Below are positions 53,518-64,000 of a stretch of 64,000 nt of DNA, in pieces. Made by a program: the position numbers and the translations under genes. Below the pieces are notes generated by a model, which was not told where the DNA came from, did no database searches, and was given only the letters and a program-made list of their open reading frames with translations. This DNA is from Nemertoderma westbladi (taxonomy: Eukaryota > Animalia > Xenacoelomorpha), in NCBI GenBank assembly GCA_032718475.1, contig JAUCBJ010007169.1, forward strand, positions 62,001 to 126,000, written 5' to 3'. Position 1 is the stretch's first letter, and the number at the start of each line of letters is the position of its first letter.

Positions 53518-55932
53518 GTCACACGACTTGTATGTCATTCGCACGACTTAGTTTGTCATTCGCACGACATATTATGTCATTCGCACGACATAGTATGTCA
53601 TCCGCACGACTTAGTTTGTCATTCGCACGACTTAGTATGTCATTCGCACAACTTAGTATGTGATTCGCACGACTTAGTTTGTCATTCACACGACTTGTAT
53701 GTCATTCGTACGACTTAGTATATTATTCGCACGACGTAGTATGTCATTCGCACGACTTAGTATATCATTCGCACGACTTAGTTTGTCATTCACACGACTT
53801 GTATGTCATTCGCACGAGTTAGTTTGTCATTTACACGACATATTATGTCATTCGCACGACATAGTATGTTATTCGCACGACTTAGTTTGTCATTCGCACG
53901 ACATAGTATGTTATTCGCACGACTTAGTTTGTCATTCGCACAACTAAGTTTGTCATTCGCACGACATATTATGTCATTCGCACGACTTAGTATGTCATTC
54001 GCACGACATATTATGTCATTCGCACGACTTAGTATGTCATTCGCACGACTTAGTATGTCATTCGCACGACTTAGTATGTCATTCGCACAACTTAGTTTGT
54101 CTTTTGCACGACATATTATGTCATTCGCATGCCTTAGTATGTCATTCGCACAACTTAGTTTGTCATTCGCAAGACATATTATGTCATTCGCACGACTTAG
54201 TATGTCATTCGCACGACATAGTATGTCATTCGCACAACTTAGTTTGTCATTCGCAAGACATATTATGTCATTCGCACGACTTAGTATGTCATTCGCACGA
54301 CTTAGTATGTCATTCGCACCACTTAGTTTGTCATTCGCAAGACATATTATGTCATTCGCACGACTTAGTATGTCATTCGCACGACTTAGTATGTCATTCG
54401 CACGACTTAGTATGTCATTCGCACAACTTAGTTTGTCTTTTGCACGACATATTATGTCATTCGCATGCCTTAGTATGTCATTCGCACAACTTAGTTTGTC
54501 ATTCGCAAGACATATTATGTCATTCGCACGACTTAGTATGTCATTCGCACGACATAGTATGTCATTCGCACAACTTAGTTTGTCATTCGCAAGACATATT
54601 ATGTCATTCGCACGACTTAGTATGTCATTCGCACGACTTAGTATGTCATTCGCACGACATAGTATGTCATTCGCACAACTTAGTTTGTCATTCGCAAGAC
54701 ATATTATGTAATTCGCACGACTTAGTATGTCATTCGCACGACATAGTATGTCATTCGCACAACTTAGTTTGTCTTTTGCACGACATAGTATGTCATTCGC
54801 ACGACTTAGTTTGTCATTCGCACGACTTCGTTTGTCATTCGCACGACATATTATGTCATTCACACGACTTTGTATGTCATTCGCACAACTTAGTTTGTCA
54901 TTCGCAAGACATATTATGTAATTCGCACGACTTAGTATGTCATTCGCACGACATAGTATGTCATTCGCACAACTTAGTTTGTCATTCGCAAGACATATTA
55001 TGTCATTCGCACGACTTAGTATGTCATTCGCACCACTTAGTTTGTCATTCGCAAGACATATTATGTCTTTCGGATGCCTTAGTATGTCATTCGCACAACT
55101 TAGTTTGTCATTCGCAAGACATATTATGTAATTCGCACGACTTAGTATGTCATTCGCACGACATAGTATGTCATTCGCACAAATTAGTTTGTCTTTTGCA
55201 CGACATAGTATGTCATTCGCACGACTTAGTTTGTCATTCGCACGACTTAGTTTGTCATTCGCACGACATATTATGTCATTCACACGACTTAGTATGTCAT
55301 TCGCACAACATATTATGTCATTCGCATGCCTTAGTATGTCATTTGCACAACTTAGTTTGTCATTCGCAAGACATATTATGTCATTCGCACGACTTAGTTT
55401 GTCATATGCACGACTTAGTTTGTCATTCGCAATACATATTATGTCAAACTCACGACATATATCATTCGCACGACATATTATGTAATTCGCACGACTTAGT
55501 ATGTCATTCGCACGACATAGTTTGTCATTTGCACGACTTAGTTTGTCATTCGCACGACATATTATGTAATTCGCACGACTTAGTATGTCATTCGCACGAC
55601 ATAGTTTGTCATTTGCACGACTTAGTTTGTCATTCGCACGACATATTATGTCATTCGCACGACTTAGTTTGTCATTCGCACGACTTAGTTTGTCATTCGC
55701 AAGACATATTATGTCATTCGCACGACTTAGTATATCATTCGCACGACATAGTATGTCATTCGCACGACTTAGCATGTCATTCGCACGACATATTGTCATT
55801 CGCACGACTTAGTATGTCATTTGCACAACTTAGTTTGTCATTCGCAAGACATATTATGTCATTCGCACGACTTAGTATGTCATTCGCATGACTTACTTTG
55901 TCATTCGCAAGACATATTATGTCATTCGCACG
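53518..55932. repeat. 21-bp tandem array (gtcattcgcacgacttagtat), about 115 copies, with higher-order structure
   Basis: Directly visible. Variant markers recur at 336/336/420 bp and at 210 bp spacing. Related inverted units lie at 53186-53345. Confidence 0.97.
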
Positions 55933-56747
55933 AGGATAAGTTAAGTAGGATATTGAAACATTTTTGCGTGGTCCAGTGCATATAAATATCGTGCACGTTT
56001 AAAGGTTGACGCAAAGGTTGGAATACCGACACAGGTTGTGGCGTGACCCTTGTCTGATGCATGGCCGATACACCAAAGGAAGAGGCACGTAGGCGTAGCT
56101 CTCCAACAGTTTGCGAACAGTTTCTGTACTAGTATGCATTATACTGGTTTATGAGGGTCCTGAATCCGATGGAAGATGGAATCAACAAAAAGTGAAAAAA
56201 GTTCTTAATTTAAATGCCTTTAAGATCAAATTCTAGAAAAATGATGACAAGGCAAAGGATTTTTACGAGGATTTTGATTTATTTAGTAGAAGGAATCCTC
56301 CCAAGGTCACTGAATCGATTTGATGGTGGGAAATATTTTGCAAATATAAATCTATAGGAGGGGTGTGTGTGAATCGTTTTTGGGGAAACAATCATCATCC
56401 GCGTTTTCGTCGTTAGAAACCATAGGAATTTATTTTCGCCATTCATTTTGTTTGGGATTACTCTTAGCAAATCAAGAAAATTCGCAAATAGTGAAGAAAA
56501 TCATCATAACATTTAAGATAAAAAATTTATTAATTTTTAAATTCTGTGCTGTGCAGAAAAGAACGATGCGGGTATTTACTAAAATAAATTTTGGGACACT
56601 ACATTACTTCTTCGATTTTTACAGCAATTATTTTGCAATGTTAATATGTTAATAGTGTTTAGATTTACTGTTATTTATTTTTACTACCTTTCTTTATGAG
56701 TGTCACTTCAGTAAAAATTATTAGTATTCCAAGAAGTTACATTATGT

Positions 56748-56825
56748 GTCGCAGTGTCCAAGTGGATACGGCGCCTGAACTGCTTACACAATAGTGTTTG
56801 GTGGCGCAGGTTCGAATCCGACAAA
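56748..56825 (+). mobile_element. tRNA-derived SINE head or tRNA pseudogene
   Basis: A-box-like gtgtccaagtgg and B box ggttcgaatcc; the acceptor stem does not pair. Confidence 0.55.
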
Positions 56826-56959
56826 AGGCTGTAGAAATCTAAAGGCTGTAGGAGTATTAGAAATGTATCAATCAGCGCCCAGAAAACATGAAAATGTGAA
56901 TTTATAGCATCGTAGAAGTGAATTAAAAAATTTGTGTTCAAACTGAAAAGGGCTTGTTA

Positions 56960-57335
56960 CTTGTTTTTTTTTAATTTTTGCCTTCATAGAGGACTAAAAC
57001 AGCCATTTATAGTAATCAGATCATTTTTAATTATTTACCACTGCATTCTGCGCCCGAAAAACTGTATTGAAAAAGATTAGCTGAAAATTGTAAGTTTCAA
57101 AATTTTTGAAAATTGTTCACTTACTTGAAATATTGATGCTGCAAAATTTGAAATTTTGGTGTAGTACAATCGAATTTTTTTTTTCAGTCGGAATCAGACT
57201 AGTGAAATCTACGTACAAACAAAAATTAGACGTTAAATATGAAGATTTTAGAGAGGTGGGGGGGGGGGGGGGGGTGGGGGGTAAAAATGACAACATTTTG
57301 TATAACATTTTTTAGCCCGGTACTAATATGGTTAA
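56960..57335 (-). mobile_element. Left end of the piggyBac-like element, inverted
   Basis: Reverse complement of about 9177-9550; ends tagcccggtactaatatggTTAA. Confidence 0.82.
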
Positions 57336-58981
57336 TTAAAGCATAATTAAAAAATCAATCGATGTCTGTAACCCACTCAGGGATCAGATGACAGCAGTTA
57401 TCAGTAGATGTAAGCCTAACCAATGCTTTCTAATAACGTTAAAGATGAAGTAAACTGCCCAAAATGGAAAAGCGCAGTCAATGTGTTATTTATTGTGTGA
57501 AATCACAGCGCGATCAGCAGTAGAGAAGTACAAACAAGAACTTGAAACCTAACCTAAGTACCTAGTTTGAGCTCCAATGGATTCGGTATATATTTTTGTG
57601 CTATTGCGTGATTATTGAACAACATATAATGCAGTTAAATATCCTACAAATGTATACACTACGTATACATTTTTAGGGTATAACAGTTTTCAAATTGAAT
57701 GCTGCATTCAAAAAATATCGTACGTTTTTGAAAAAAAAATTCATTTTTTTTAAAAAAAAACTGCCGATTTTTCAGAAAAGTAGCTATAAATAATTTTAAA
57801 ATCATTGTATGATAAAGATTTTAGTTACACATTTGTAGGACATGATATAGATCATCTCTGCTAAATTACATCAAATTTCATAAAGCCAATCTTGAGAAAA
57901 AGGTACATGAGTTTTTGAAATTTCGAAAAATTCCAATTAGAGAAGAACTGACTTTCATGAGAGGAACCATTTCCATATTTAATATACTGCGAGAGCATAG
58001 CTGAAATTCGTAAAATTAAAAAAATTATGTTGGTTGTATGGGAAAATGAAGTTATATAAATTTGTAGAGAGTCATTGACTTAGTCGAGGTGTTATTTAAC
58101 TTATTAAATTTATTTATAACTAATATAGTTATAATTAATTAGGTAATAAATTACTCTATTTAAGGAAACTGCATGTTGTGTTGGAAAATGATGAAATTTA
58201 AAGTTGTAGGGAATCATTGATTTAGTCGAGTGGTTATATACAATTTTTAATTTATTTATAACTAATATACTGTAGTTATAATTAATTCGATATTAAATTT
58301 TGCTATATAATAATTTAAATTATATTTGCTGATATATAATTCCTGTACACAAGCGAACTTGATAAAAATTTGTCTAAAAATTAGAAAAAATTAAATTTTC
58401 CAAATTTTTGGTATATTTACATTTATTTATTTTCATTTATTTATATTTACATTTATTCATATAAATACAATAATGAAGCAAATAATTTCCAGTTAGTTTA
58501 GGCAAATAATTTCCAATTAGTTATTTATGCAAATTGTTAGTGCCCACCAGGAACATAGTCTTTGGCATCATCATCAGAATCATTGATAGTAACAATGTGT
58601 TGGCAAGCTGTATTTTCGAGGTATTTGTTATTATACATTTATTATAGGAAGGGATATAGGGGTCTTATATAGGGTCTTGGAGAGATATGTGATATTAATT
58701 TCAAGAAAAATTACGCGATTCCTAAATTTGTACAATACCCGGTTAAAAAGTACGCATGTGATGGGATTAGTCCTACAATTGCGCCAATAAAAGATAAGTT
58801 ATTTTCGGTAAAATAAACTTATCATTCGAGGTTAAGACCCCTATATCCCTTCCTATAATAAATGTATAATAACAAATACCTCGAAAATACAGCTTGCCAA
58901 CACATTGTTACTATCAATAATACAAATCAGGGGCTAATAAAACGGCAGCTGGCTTTGAAATTAATACTCCATATCTCAAGA

Positions 58982-59042
58982 ACCTGTGGCCTAGTGGTTG
59001 TAGTCTCGGCTTCCACCTCGAGGTCCCAGGTTCGAATCCGAC
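58982..59042 (+). promoter_or_regulatory. tRNA-derived internal Pol III promoter (A and B boxes)
   Basis: tggcctagtggt (A box), anticodon-like arm ctcgg-cttccac-ctcgag, ggttcgaatcc (B box). Confidence 0.75.
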
Positions 59043-59085
59043 ACCACGCTGATGAGACCCAGTAAGGTCGAAACGCGTACGTGGT
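59043..59085 (+). ncRNA. Minimal type I hammerhead ribozyme with intact core
   Basis: accacg-CTGATGA-gacc cagtaa ggtc-GAAA-cgc-GTA-cgtggt: perfect 6-bp stem I, 4-bp stem II, palindromic ACGCGT stem III; predicted cleavage after 59079. Confidence 0.88.
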
Positions 59086-61689
59086 TTGGAGAGATATGTG
59101 ATATTAATTTCAAGAAAAATTACGTGATTCCTAAATTTGTACAATACCCGGTTAAAAAGTATAAACTTATCATTCGAGGTTAAGACCCCTATATCCCTTC
59201 CTATAATAAACATCAGAATCATCGTCCCTTTTACGCTTTAGACGTCGTTTAGACCGTGCGGCCTATGATATATCCTTGAGTCTATTCTCTGCACGATAGA
59301 TCCGTATATTATCCAGTTTTTTAAGCCCATTCAGGCATAGGTGATTAACACTGCAACCAAGCTGTTCAAGAACATTCACACGACCTGAATTACCTTCATT
59401 GAAACAAATAACTGAGTCATAAGCTCCAATCTCCAGCACGGTGCAGCCAACAAAAACACGTTTTGGGCACCGTTTCCACATTATGTTGTTGAATGCTTCA
59501 TTCAAATTCTGGGTCTTACCATGGAGACAACGTTCTAGAAGTGAAGATTCTGCGAGGGCGCGGTAAATTGGTTTTATAGCTGTCATGACGGCCAAGGGTA
59601 AACTGTTACTATGGTTATATGAAATCCCTTTATTGTACTTACACCAGGTATCTGAAGATTTAGGGCATAACCCATGTTGGGGACAACGATTTGTTGATAG
59701 CTTGTGGAAATATGTTGCCCACACAGCCTTCTTCATAGAATCGACGGAATCTAAATTGGAGCGAATAGCTACTCCATAGTATCCCTGCAGTTGGTCTATA
59801 ACTTCATCTGTAAGTCGATGCGGACCTCCAATCACTTTCCCATCAGACAATTTTTTACCCTTATTACCTTTCTTCAATTTCCAAAGCCTGCACCCTAATC
59901 ACTTTTGAATGTGTCCCACATACTCGAGTTTCTCAATAGCAACAATATTACCATACGGTTTTGACTCCTCGACTGTTTTGAAACTGCTGCTATCACCATC
60001 GCCGAGATACTGTGTATAACGGACCCCCTGCTCAGATATTGATCTACTAAATATCGCCTTAGCCCCAGCTACTTCCATTCCCCCACTAGATCCTGCATAA
60101 TTCTTCAAACACATATTCTTGTGTAGCTCCATAGCCTCAAACTTCTTTGTTGTATCCTTGATAAGGTTTATCATAGTACACTGATGGCAGTACTTCGAGA
60201 AAGTCTGGACATCTATAATTCGTCCAGTGTCCACAGATATACAGCTCACAATACCATTGAGGGACTTATGCCACCGCTTCTGCCATGAGCCATCAAGGCT
60301 AATAGCAATGTCTGTCTTTACGTCACTATGATTTTCTAGTACTGCTTCTTTGGCAGCATTCTTCATTGAAAATAATGATATTCTCTCCAGACTATCTTTT
60401 ATAATTTGTTGATACTTGGATTGTTTAGTAAGTGGTGGTGGTAGATCCATCATCGCGCAGAATGTTTCTGCACTCTCTTTCCCCAAACCAACACAGCGAA
60501 ACGCATAAACTGCTCTCATATTGACATCATACAGTTTATTGTTTGTAGTTGTCTTTGGTGACGACATACAGCTCTCTTTGAGTTGACATTTATCGCATTC
60601 AAGATTGAGTTGAACTGCTAGGCCAACACGATCATCACCATCACCAATTCGAAGAAAAATGATACCTTCCTTACAACTCTTACAAACAACATATGATCCT
60701 AAAACTTTTGTCAATATATCACTATGAATATTTATATAACCACCATTTTCAGAAGTAGCTGTATCTCTGCGTATTGGTTTTATATTTCTATACGATATAA
60801 AACCCACACTTCGACCGCGTTTAGTATAGAGGTTTCCTTGAAATTTACGTTTAGCCGTTAGCTTAGTACTTCGAGGCATTACGTACAATGAAATAAATGT
60901 TCCGTGGTATATGCACAGCAGTACAGTGGCAACATAGGTAGGCTTGATCTACAGTATATTCAACAGTTACCAGTATCACCGCATGTTGCTATACTGACTG
61001 ACATGTACTGACGTAATTATATCAATTAAAAGTACAGTAGTCAGTAGTAATGACAATTAATTAATTAATGAGTCTATAGAAGAGTAATGAAAAGTGCATT
61101 CTGCAATAATTTATGCCTTGGCACTGACAGGCCTACTACTGTACTATCTAGGCCTGCATGTCCTATAAAAAATAGAAGTTGATCTAACATTGTAATTTAT
61201 ACAATTTGAATTTCCCACTATGGATAATTTACCACCAAACAGCCTGAAATAACCCAAAAACAGTTTGAAACTACTTATATAACCACTCGTGCAAAATCTC
61301 ATGAAAAAATATAAAGAAAGTATATTTTTTTGACTGAGTTGGGTTCACGAAAACGTGTATAACTTGAAAACTAATCAAGATATGGACAAATTGTTTTTTT
61401 ATTCGGTTTCCCCATAAAATTCTGCACAAAAACTCTACAAAAAATTGTTCCCGTTTTTTTGACCCCAGAACCTACCCTCTACCATTAATAACTGTAAGGA
61501 ATTTGCATATCTTATCCAGGAAAAAAGTTTACTTTCCTTTGAGTGACTGATTGACCGATAAAAGACTATCAATTGAACTACTACTCTACTCTAATCGGCC
61601 TGCTACATTGAAACTACACATTGAGATGCTATGCTCTCTTAAAAAAAAAGTGTTTTGTCACCACCATGCATGCAATCCACAATTAGCAG

Positions 61690-62160
61690 CATGCATTAAG
61701 AATTGTATGCCGGCTTCAAAGTTGCACCGCCACAACTCCCTCCCTATCCCGGAAGACATTCGCGAGATTATCCGCATCTTCAAGGTCAGTGTCCTTTGAG
61801 AGGCGTCTCAAGAACGTCGTGGGTTCTCCACCATGCTTATTTTCTTCATGGGGCTGCCAAAGCACAAGATTGTGCACAGGCTGGTCCTTACTATGAAAGC
61901 AATCTCCTGCAATGCGGGGGCGGCTTTGTTCAAGTGTCAGCTTCGGGGAAACAATGCGACACTTCCAATGTTATATAGTGTCTGGATGGGGATGTGTGCT
62001 GTGCATTATATTTGACACAATGAACCCGACGTAACGTTCTTGTGAATGTGCAAATTACTGTCAGTCAGTTAGAGCCCAGCACCAGCATGTACTCCATAGA
62101 GGAGTACTGGTACTACTAGTTGCTCTAAATAATCGTACTTTAATTTTCCGATGCATTCTA
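61690..62160 (-). mobile_element. RTE family B 3' fragment
   Basis: Collinear with 27200-27680. Confidence 0.75.
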
Positions 62161-63029
62161 TGTGCTGTGATAGCTATATAACATTATGGATGCGAGACCA
62201 CCACTGAGATTATTATGAATACTAGACCATTATAGAGAATAGAATATAACAATTATAATAGAATAGAAAGAATTATGAATACTAGATCTCAAATGCCTAT
62301 GGTCTGGGCAGTGTAGAATGAATTTGAAAATCTATGTGAGGAGGAACTTAATGTCTAGGACAACTGTATCCCACGGCCAGATGGAAAGTTTAACAGCTGT
62401 TATAGTTGCTCAAGCGATTTGTTGTTATTTTGCTGCCACGATCACCTACCTACGGTATATTCTTTTCCAATGTTTGAACGTTAAGGCGTTAAATTAGCAT
62501 TGAAATTACCAATTATTTACTATTTGAATCAAGATTGCACAACGAACCGGTAATACGTATTTGCCACAGTGAGCGGATCTATATGATTGGGTGTGATGGG
62601 TATTGTGTTGGTTCCATAACCCATCCCTCGCAGTGCACAATGGGATGCAATCATACTAGCTAAGGGATACAATGGCTTAGCATTATTACTGAGGTTAATC
62701 AAAATAACCTAATTTTCTGCTTCTCCGCCTTGATAAGAATAAATTCTGACAATGATCACCAATATAATTTAGAATGACATTATGAACAGTATTAGGCTCG
62801 TTAGTCATTGGTTGTTACCAGTTCCTGCTCGCTTGTTCCAACTACTACATTTTAGGGTGGAGGCAAACGAAGCGTTGATATTATATCAAATATCGTTTTG
62901 CCAAATTTATTTTTACCAAATAATATTTGGTAAAGAAGAAGCAAGATATATTTATTCCAAAAATATTGCCATGCATTTTGTTTTACATAAACAATAAACA
63001 TTAATTTTGCGCTGTTATAAAACAATAAT

Positions 63030-63567
63030 GAATATTATAATATACACCCCCATTCGGGGTAACCCGAGCACAATAATTGTGATACAATATGATACACAAT
63101 ATTAAAACATAAACTCTATAAATATGACCTACCTACAGTAAATGAGTTACGAAAACGGTACGTGTGATAGTGCGCGGTATGTGTGTAAGTGGATGAGCGA
63201 TTGGGGGTTGTCTAGGATGCTAGCTGAGAGAGGGGCGGACAGTTAGTGCATTCGAGTATGTGGTATCTATAGGTGCATGTTGTGTTGCAGTATTTGCAGA
63301 GACAGTTGGGTGCTAACTTGTGGAACGGTTTGTTATTTTTGCATATTTTGTGATGAAAACCATGAGCTTTGTAATAATATTGCGGTTTTTCTGTCCAGGG
63401 AGTTTCCATGTGTTAGATTTGAAAGCGGGTCCGTGTATGTACTGTTGGTTGTCAAAGGTTTGAGTGCGTTCACGTCTGTGTTGTAAGTATTGGGTTTTGA
63501 CATCTGCCTGGACTATGTAGGGATGTTTTTCTAGAATAATTTCTATTAGCTTTGGTTCATTTACTAG
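63030..63567 (-). mobile_element. 3' fragment of a non-LTR retrotransposon with C-terminal zinc knuckle, between 133-bp direct repeats
   Basis: HGFHHKIC...CLCKYCNTTCTYRYHILEC; flanking repeats at 62897-63029 and 63568-63700. Confidence 0.55.
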
Positions 63568-63804
63568 TTTGCCAAATTTATTTTTACCAAATAATATTTG
63601 GTAAAGAAGAAGCAAGAAATATTTATTCAAAAAATATTGCCATGCATTTTGTTTTACATAAACAATGAACATTAATTTTGCGCTGTTATAAAACAATAAT
63701 AAGAGTGTCATATTTCCCAAAGCACATTTAATGAATTTAAATTGAAAAAATTGGTACATTAGTGATTATGCTAATCCTGTTAACACGCCAGTACCAGTAC
63801 CACG

Positions 63805-64000
63805 CAACAGATATCCGGCAACAACAGTTACGCCGACTTTGCGGATTACATCGCCGTGTTCTCTAATACGCTAGCAGATGCACAACTTCTACTGAATAAA
63901 GTGGAGAGGGCTGCTAAGGAGTTTGGATTACATATAAATGCTTCCAAGACCGAATTCATGACCTTTAATGTTGATGGAAACTTGACAACCATTGATAATA
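63805..64000 (+). mobile_element. RTE family A RT fragment, running off the window end
   Basis: Near-identical to 24390-24585 (gactttgcgga...ggaaacttgacaaccattgataata). Confidence 0.88.

Larger units (their letters stand above)
58584..59210 (+). mobile_element. Non-coding retrozyme/SINE-like insertion with 12-bp TSD
   Basis: TSD catcagaatcat at 58572-58583 and 59211-59222; internal 86-bp inverted repeat and direct repeats 409 bp apart; contains a tRNA-like head and a hammerhead. Confidence 0.85.
58537..60879 (-). pseudogene. Mutator-like (Phantom-type) transposase with two in-frame stops and an insertion near the C-terminus
   Basis: N-terminal CxxC pairs, LDGSWQKR, SKYCHQC, YLGDGDSSSF, KLEYVGHIQK*, RLTDEVIDQLQGYYG, TQNLNEAFN. 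The C-terminus ...RKRDDDSDDDAKDYVPGGH* is restored after removing 58584-59222. AT-rich flanks extend to a TTAA at 61485. Confidence 0.85.

Noticed and set aside
53433-55891. Long ORFs (671, 595 and 302 aa) of RANDILS/HDLVCHS/MSFARLS repeats
   Set aside because: They are translations of a 21-bp tandem array that is open in several frames on both strands; there is no unique coding sequence.
53518-55932. CRISPR-like appearance of the regular repeat
   Set aside because: Units are contiguous with no unique spacers, there are no cas genes, and the context is eukaryotic.
56748-56825. Functional tRNA gene (also tRNA-like boxes near 2870, 31545 and 52500)
   Set aside because: No complete cloverleaf or paired acceptor stem; these are better explained as SINE heads.

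Overview
AT-rich animal (invertebrate-like) nuclear DNA, mostly transposon-derived. Two host genes are supportable: an intronless TPR-like plus C-terminal J-domain (HPD) ORF (4008-5357) and a two-exon allatostatin-A/galanin-like class A GPCR (31830-32194 joined to 50789-51554; an 18.6 kb intron splits the DRY motif). The rest holds fragments of two RTE LINE families, CRE-like and Penelope-like retroelements, TA- and TTAA-flanked non-autonomous DNA transposons (several nested at 8.8-15.1 kb), three decayed coding DNA transposons (XPG/PIN-like plus CXC, Sola2-like, Mutator/Phantom-like), tRNA-derived SINEs and minisatellites. The most notable signal is a 627-bp insertion with a 12-bp TSD (58584-59210). 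It carries a tRNA-like Pol III head fused to an intact minimal type I hammerhead ribozyme in a greater-than-unit-length, partly inverted layout, which suggests a retrozyme-like element. Two more degenerate hammerhead loci occur elsewhere. All assignments are by eye; no database searches were run.
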